A stretch of 64,000 bases of DNA from Candidatus Heimdallarchaeum aukensis (GTDB lineage: Archaea > Asgardarchaeota > Heimdallarchaeia > Heimdallarchaeales > Heimdallarchaeaceae): contig CP084166.1 of NCBI GenBank assembly GCA_021513695.1, positions 2,784,001 through 2,848,000 of the forward strand, given 5' to 3'. Below the pieces are notes generated by a model, which saw nothing but the letters and a program-made list of their open reading frames with translations, had not been told where the DNA came from and did not search any database. A program made the translations under genes and the position numbers. Within the stretch, counting starts at the first letter, position 1. The number at the start of each line of letters is the position of its first letter. Positions 59,373 to 64,000 of this stretch are shown here, piece after piece.

Positions 59373-60200
59373 GTGGATAAAAAGGTGAAAAAACATTACG
59401 TCCTTGCTTTAGTTTTTATAATTAGTTTGTCATTTAGTTTAACCCCAAAACTAAACATTAGTGCTCAAATAGAAGAGGAAGAAATAGACTGGGACTATTC
59501 AGGGTTGATTAAGTTCCAAGCAGATAGAATAAAATTTGATGAGGATTCTCCAATTAAGTTGAGATACTACTATCATCTTTTCTATAATGAAGAAACAGAG
59601 ACAGTAGAGTCATTAGTTGTTCTTTATGGACTAAGGCCCATTATAAGTGCTCCTTATTATTCAAAATTTTTCAGTGAAGGTGCAACCTATACCCGCTTTA
59701 GCTACTGGTTAAACGATTCCTATGACATTGACTGGATAGATATAACTTATGAATCAGTAACCGATGAGACTTCAGAAAATTATGCTCCTGAATATTTAAC
59801 AGTTTACAATGCTATTGCAAATAATTCCTTATTCAAGACACGATCAGATGTTTGGGAAAGAACAGGAGTTATTAAATTTCCAATTCATTTTGCTAACTTA
59901 TCTAGTGTTATAGGAGAAACAATCGGGTTGTGGGAAATCATCCAAAGAGATGGTACAATTATCCGTGGACAATTTACAACTTATGGCAAAACTAATCCTA
60001 TTTTTGAAGATCCAAAATCAAGCTATACATGGCCTGATTATAATGTGACAGTTGCACAAGACATAGAAAGATCTTCTTTGCCGAGAGAACATTCAGTTAG
60101 AGTTCCTTACTCTCTCACTTCAACAGTATTAGCAAGTTTTGCATTAACTTTATTCCTAAATGTTCTAAAAAGAAGTAAAAAAAAGGAGATGAAAAATTAA
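59373..60200 (+). CDS. secreted/surface protein with N-terminal signal and C-terminal TM anchor (paralog A)
   Basis: Signal peptide, then the EEEEIDWDYSGLIKF motif shared with the next gene, then a C-terminal helix plus KRSKKKEMKN. Confidence 0.5.
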   Translation: MDKKVKKHYVLALVFIISLSFSLTPKLNISAQIEEEEIDWDYSGLIKFQADRIKFDEDSPIKLRYYYHLFYNEETETVESLVVLYGLRPIISAPYYSKFFSEGATYTRFSYWLNDSYDIDWIDITYESVTDETSENYAPEYLTVYNAIANNSLFKTRSDVWERTGVIKFPIHFANLSSVIGETIGLWEIIQRDGTIIRGQFTTYGKTNPIFEDPKSSYTWPDYNVTVAQDIERSSLPREHSVRVPYSLTSTVLASFALTLFLNVLKRSKKKEMKN

Positions 60201-61550
60201 ATGAAATATAAACAAGTTTTTTTTGTATTTACAACTCTAATCTTATTCTCTTCATTAATTGCTAACATCAATCTCATTACTTATGCACAAGATGACGAAT
60301 CAGAGTGGGATTTTTCCGGAGTAATTAGGGTAGATAGTGAATTAAGAAGACCTCCAATTTTTCAAGCTGAAGAACTAGATCAAACTAAACCAACAATTTT
60401 TCCTTTAAATGATGTAAGCTTAGAACTTAATACAACTGAAAACAGTCTTCAATGGTTTGTATCTGATTTGTATCCAGGAGATTTCCCTGATAACTATTCA
60501 ATTTATATGAATGATAGTCTTATTCAAAATGGGAAATGGGAATCAAATCAATATATAACTGTAAATTTGGACGATTTAGAAAATGGGAATTATCGTTATT
60601 CTATAATTATTCAAGATATTAAAGGGAACAAAGCTCAAGATGAAGTTTATGTAAGTGTAGTAAATGAAACTGCTCCATACATAAGACAAGTAGCAGATAT
60701 AGAGTTCTTTGAGGGGAGTAGCATTGGACCAATTGTTTGGCAAGTAACTGATAAAAATCTATCAAGTTATGTAATTCAACGAAATGGAGGAACAGTAGAC
60801 TCGAATACTTGGTCAGAAAATACTAGTGAAAGTGATTGGAACCCAGAGAGCCCAACTATTTCTTACGCTATATCTGCATTAGAGATAGGAGAACATAATA
60901 TTACTCTAATTGTTGAAGATATTTATGGACAGCAAAGTGTTGACACAGTTATTGTAACAGTAAAGGATCCGTCAACTAGAATAAATTATGAAAATTATGA
61001 ACCTCCTAACATAGAAATAGCAGTACTAGGTTTGGACACAAATGATGATGATTCAATGGATACTTACTATGGATTTTATGGAATAATCGAAGATCCAGGT
61101 GTGGAAGGGTACTTTACTAAAATCCTTGAACCATACCTTGGTGCAACTTGGAGAATGAGAATTCCTCAAGATTCCCCAGCTACTTGGGAAGTAATATACT
61201 ATCCTAATCCTATATATGATAAAATAAGGCCTTATTTAGCTTATGAAGCACCAGTATATTTTGTTAACTTAACAGTTGCCACTGGCGTAAATTTAGAATA
61301 TGAAATAGATCTCGGAAGAAACACAACATATGGAAACTTAACAACATATGGTGCTGACAATCCATTGTTCCCAGAAGTACCAGAGTACTCAGGATATAAT
61401 TTTGCCATTCCATACTACACAGGAACAAAAGAAAATGAAGTTACAGTAGAAACTGATTTCTTTAGCAGCCTATCATCAATGATAAGTATTGTATCTCTTT
61501 CATTTTCAGTTTTAGTCCTTTATAATAAAACGAAAAGAAAAATGAAATAA
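60201..61550 (+). CDS. secreted/surface protein with N-terminal signal and C-terminal TM anchor (paralog B)
   Basis: Signal peptide, then the DDESEWDFSGVIRV motif, then a C-terminal helix plus KTKRKMK. Its start abuts the previous stop (taaATG). Confidence 0.5.
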   Translation: MKYKQVFFVFTTLILFSSLIANINLITYAQDDESEWDFSGVIRVDSELRRPPIFQAEELDQTKPTIFPLNDVSLELNTTENSLQWFVSDLYPGDFPDNYSIYMNDSLIQNGKWESNQYITVNLDDLENGNYRYSIIIQDIKGNKAQDEVYVSVVNETAPYIRQVADIEFFEGSSIGPIVWQVTDKNLSSYVIQRNGGTVDSNTWSENTSESDWNPESPTISYAISALEIGEHNITLIVEDIYGQQSVDTVIVTVKDPSTRINYENYEPPNIEIAVLGLDTNDDDSMDTYYGFYGIIEDPGVEGYFTKILEPYLGATWRMRIPQDSPATWEVIYYPNPIYDKIRPYLAYEAPVYFVNLTVATGVNLEYEIDLGRNTTYGNLTTYGADNPLFPEVPEYSGYNFAIPYYTGTKENEVTVETDFFSSLSSMISIVSLSFSVLVLYNKTKRKMK

Positions 61551-61620
61551 CAAAAATTCTTTTTCTTTTTATTTTTATTTCAAAGCATTTTTAAGTTCTA
61601 TTAGTTTACAACTAATTAAA

Positions 61621-62286
61621 ATGACTTTATATTCCTCCACAATAGATAGTTTGATTGTTTACATTATTGAAGGAATTGTATTATCATTGTTCGTCTGTAC
61701 TTTTTTTATTAAAAAAAGAAAAATTAGAAAAATAGTAAATGGTGCCGGAGGGCTATTGTTATTCATTCTATTTGTTTTTGGAATATTGTATGATCTTAAA
61801 GATTTTTTAGTCTTATTTTCACTTTCTACTATCATAGTATTTCTTCTAAAAATGATGATTGAAGATAAAAGGGTGAAATACATATGGATTACACTAGCTT
61901 CCTTTGTTTTAATTGCTTTCAGTGTAAAAACACATCTTGAAATAATGTTTTTGTTAAGTTTATGTTTAAGTGTTATCCTGTTTTTATCATTTACTGCAGT
62001 TTCATACTATGAAACAAGTAAAAGAAAAAAAATGGAGAAAGAAGAATTTGAAATTTTTTCTTTAATTTTGGGGGCAGTTTTTTCTCTAACTCTTTGCGCT
62101 CCTCTTGTTTTTTTGATTGTGACTTTTGATTATTCTCAGCTAAATATCGACCTAATGAAGCAAAACAATAATCTAGGAATAGAAGGAAGTCTGGCTATAC
62201 TCTTTGGGATATTCTTGGTGGTTTTTGTTTTCTTATTTATCTATGATTTTGTAGAAGGTAGGAGAGAAAAAGAATGGTATCAGTAG
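61621..62286 (+). CDS. multi-pass membrane protein
   Basis: Six hydrophobic helices. The ORF overlaps the next one. Confidence 0.45.
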   Translation: MTLYSSTIDSLIVYIIEGIVLSLFVCTFFIKKRKIRKIVNGAGGLLLFILFVFGILYDLKDFLVLFSLSTIIVFLLKMMIEDKRVKYIWITLASFVLIAFSVKTHLEIMFLLSLCLSVILFLSFTAVSYYETSKRKKMEKEEFEIFSLILGAVFSLTLCAPLVFLIVTFDYSQLNIDLMKQNNNLGIEGSLAILFGIFLVVFVFLFIYDFVEGRREKEWYQ

Positions 62287-62540
62287 AAACTTATCTTGTT
62301 TTATGTTTAGTAATAATATTCATAGGACTAATTGCTTTTAAATATCATCTGACAAATATCAAATTTATTTACGGAATAACAGTAATTTATATTGGAGCGA
62401 TTTGCTTATCTTTTCTTTTTAATAGTGCCCAAGATGAAATTATCTTTGTCTATACTGGAATATTTTCAATCTTAACTATAATTTTGTTAGCAATAAAATC
62501 ACCTGTATTTGAAGCAAAAATAAAGGAGAATGAACAATGA
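62274..62540 (+). CDS. small membrane protein (3 TM)
   Basis: Hydrophobic 88-aa ORF, start/stop-coupled to its neighbours. Confidence 0.4.
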   Translation: MVSVETYLVLCLVIIFIGLIAFKYHLTNIKFIYGITVIYIGAICLSFLFNSAQDEIIFVYTGIFSILTIILLAIKSPVFEAKIKENEQ

Positions 62541-62995
62541 GTGAAAAAGAAGTTGAAGACATAAAAGAAGTTGAAGACATAAAAGAAGTTGAAGACATAA
62601 AAGAAGTTGAGGAAAGAGAAAAACTTCCAAAAAAAGAAAAAGAAGTTAAAAAAGAGAGAAAAAGTAAATCTTTTCTTCCTAAGATTAAAGAAGTAATCAT
62701 TAAGTCCTCAAATTACTTTTTTGTAGCAATATTATATCTAAAAGTTATCAAACCTGCATTTTATGGCTTAAAAATAGGTGTAAATTTTCTTTTAGAATTA
62801 GGAAAAAATTTCTTTGTAATAGTTTCAAAGTTTTTTTACAAGTTGTATATGGTTATTAAAAAGAACATGGAAGAATTATCATTTTTTGTTCATAGATTTG
62901 AGCGTGCACCGCTTAATCTTCAAATATGGGTTACAAGTGTATTTGTTTTTCTATTAGTTTCAATTTGGATAGCTTTCGGGGGTAGAGTGGGATGA
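62537..62995 (+). CDS. EVEDIK-repeat protein with a C-terminal TM helix
   Basis: Three exact 18-nt repeats (gaagttgaagacataaaa) encode EVEDIK x3 plus a degenerate fourth. The C-terminal part is hydrophobic. Confidence 0.45.
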   Translation: MSEKEVEDIKEVEDIKEVEDIKEVEEREKLPKKEKEVKKERKSKSFLPKIKEVIIKSSNYFFVAILYLKVIKPAFYGLKIGVNFLLELGKNFFVIVSKFFYKLYMVIKKNMEELSFFVHRFERAPLNLQIWVTSVFVFLLVSIWIAFGGRVG

Positions 62996-64000
62996 TTTTC
63001 TGGGTAATAACAGGAATATATCTTTTTGGAATTGCAGCTATTTTTATATTGGAAAGATCATCACAATTTATAACAAAACTGTTTCCACTACTAAAAGGAA
63101 AAACGAGGATAGTTTTTAACTATATCAGTGTTTTAATTACAATTTGTGCTTATATTGTATATTTGTATACTGTCCATCCATTTAGTCAGAGTACAAAGAT
63201 ATTAGAAAAATTTGCTTTTTCACCATTTTCAAGCATATTTTTGGCATTATCTACTCTATTAATATCAGTCACAGGATTTTTCCTCTTGTCAGATGTAGAT
63301 GAATTTAGCAATAGGAGTAAAGTGGGTTATAGTTCTCTACTCTTTACACAATATTCTGCATTTATTATGTTTTCATCCGTCTCTTGGGTTTTTATTTATC
63401 TAGGATTGCTAGGTATAATTGTGGGCATAACATTTATTTTGCGAAACATATATCTAAAAAAAGAAATTGAAGTAACAAAAGAACTTCATTCTATGTTTGT
63501 TTTTGATATATTTAGCTTGGTTTTTCTTTTTTTGGGGATTTTATTCTACAATTTAGTTTTTAACTCTTTTATAATTCAAATTAAACCAAGAAATGATTTT
63601 TGGGCACTAGAATTATTAAGTTTCATATTCATATTTTGTTCAAGTCTAATTCTCCTTGAGATTCCACCCTTTCATTTCAGAAGCTTTTCTGAAGTTAATA
63701 AGAAATTTAAGACCCCAAAAATAGTAAATTTGTTAAAAAAACTTGTAGGTGTTTTTATGATTCTAAATTTATCACGCCCAATAAGCGTAAATTCTAACTA
63801 TAAGCAATTTTACTTCATAATTTTCTTGACAATTGGTGGAATAGTTTCTTTATGGGGCGTAGTAGGAGCAATAAATAAATTAAATATTAATGAATTACTT
63901 GTGTATATTGACTTTTATTATATTGGTACACTGCTGTTATTTTTGTCAAATAACTTTTCATCAGATGCAACAATTTCTACAAGCATTGAAGGGTATGCCT
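62992..64000 (+). CDS. multi-pass membrane protein, 3'-partial (not in supplied ORF track)
   Basis: The ATG at 62992 overlaps the previous stop (ATGA). Frame 1 is open and hydrophobic through the window end (>335 codons, many predicted TM helices). Confidence 0.5.
   Translation, partial: MIFWVITGIYLFGIAAIFILERSSQFITKLFPLLKGKTRIVFNYISVLITICAYIVYLYTVHPFSQSTKILEKFAFSPFSSIFLALSTLLISVTGFFLLSDVDEFSNRSKVGYSSLLFTQYSAFIMFSSVSWVFIYLGLLGIIVGITFILRNIYLKKEIEVTKELHSMFVFDIFSLVFLFLGILFYNLVFNSFIIQIKPRNDFWALELLSFIFIFCSSLILLEIPPFHFRSFSEVNKKFKTPKIVNLLKKLVGVFMILNLSRPISVNSNYKQFYFIIFLTIGGIVSLWGVVGAINKLNINELLVYIDFYYIGTLLLFLSNNFSSDATISTSIEGYA

Noticed and set aside
1-64000. Search for tRNA/rRNA genes in all intergenic gaps longer than 60 bp.
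   Set aside because: None of the gaps contains GC-rich stem pairs or the conserved T-loop/D-loop-like sequence. All are AT-rich promoter or terminator-like DNA.

Overview
The window is AT-rich (~30% GC), gene-dense archaeal chromosome. The gene content looks Asgard-like (Lokiarchaeota-type), though that assignment is inference. Archaeal housekeeping markers are present: RadA, ribosomal protein S17e, class-I HMG-CoA reductase, a UbiA/DGGGP-synthase-like prenyltransferase, PyrB/PyrI, a class II ribonucleotide reductase, a KaiC-like ATPase and a TldD/PmbA pair. Alongside them sit eukaryote-signature-like genes: two Rab/Ras-like small GTPases, a gelsolin-fold protein, a HEAT-repeat protein and a membrane-anchored RING-like zinc-finger protein. 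The main features are listed below.
- An adenosylcobalamin-type (class II) ribonucleotide reductase gene carries five inteins, two of them inserted immediately before catalytic cysteines.
- A near-perfect 2.14-kb tandem direct duplication has its junction inside the UbiA gene. The second copy differs only by two 1-bp deletions, and both deletions cause frameshifts.
- A disrupted IS200/IS605-family TnpB element lacks tnpA and has a probable omega-RNA/right-end region.
- A Tad/Epd-like type IV pilus locus contains two separate T2SF-domain membrane proteins, several class-III-signal pilin-like proteins and a FlaI/TadA-like ATPase.
- A CPBP(Rce1-like) protease, a Rab-like GTPase and a HEAT-repeat protein form a translationally coupled cassette.
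- Several large orphan proteins are present: a 1048-aa cytosolic protein, a 1063-aa acidic aromatic-rich surface protein and a 614-aa PIN-domain protein.
- The 3' end holds a cluster of membrane and secreted proteins with a shared C-terminal anchor architecture.
No rRNA, tRNA or CRISPR array was recognised.
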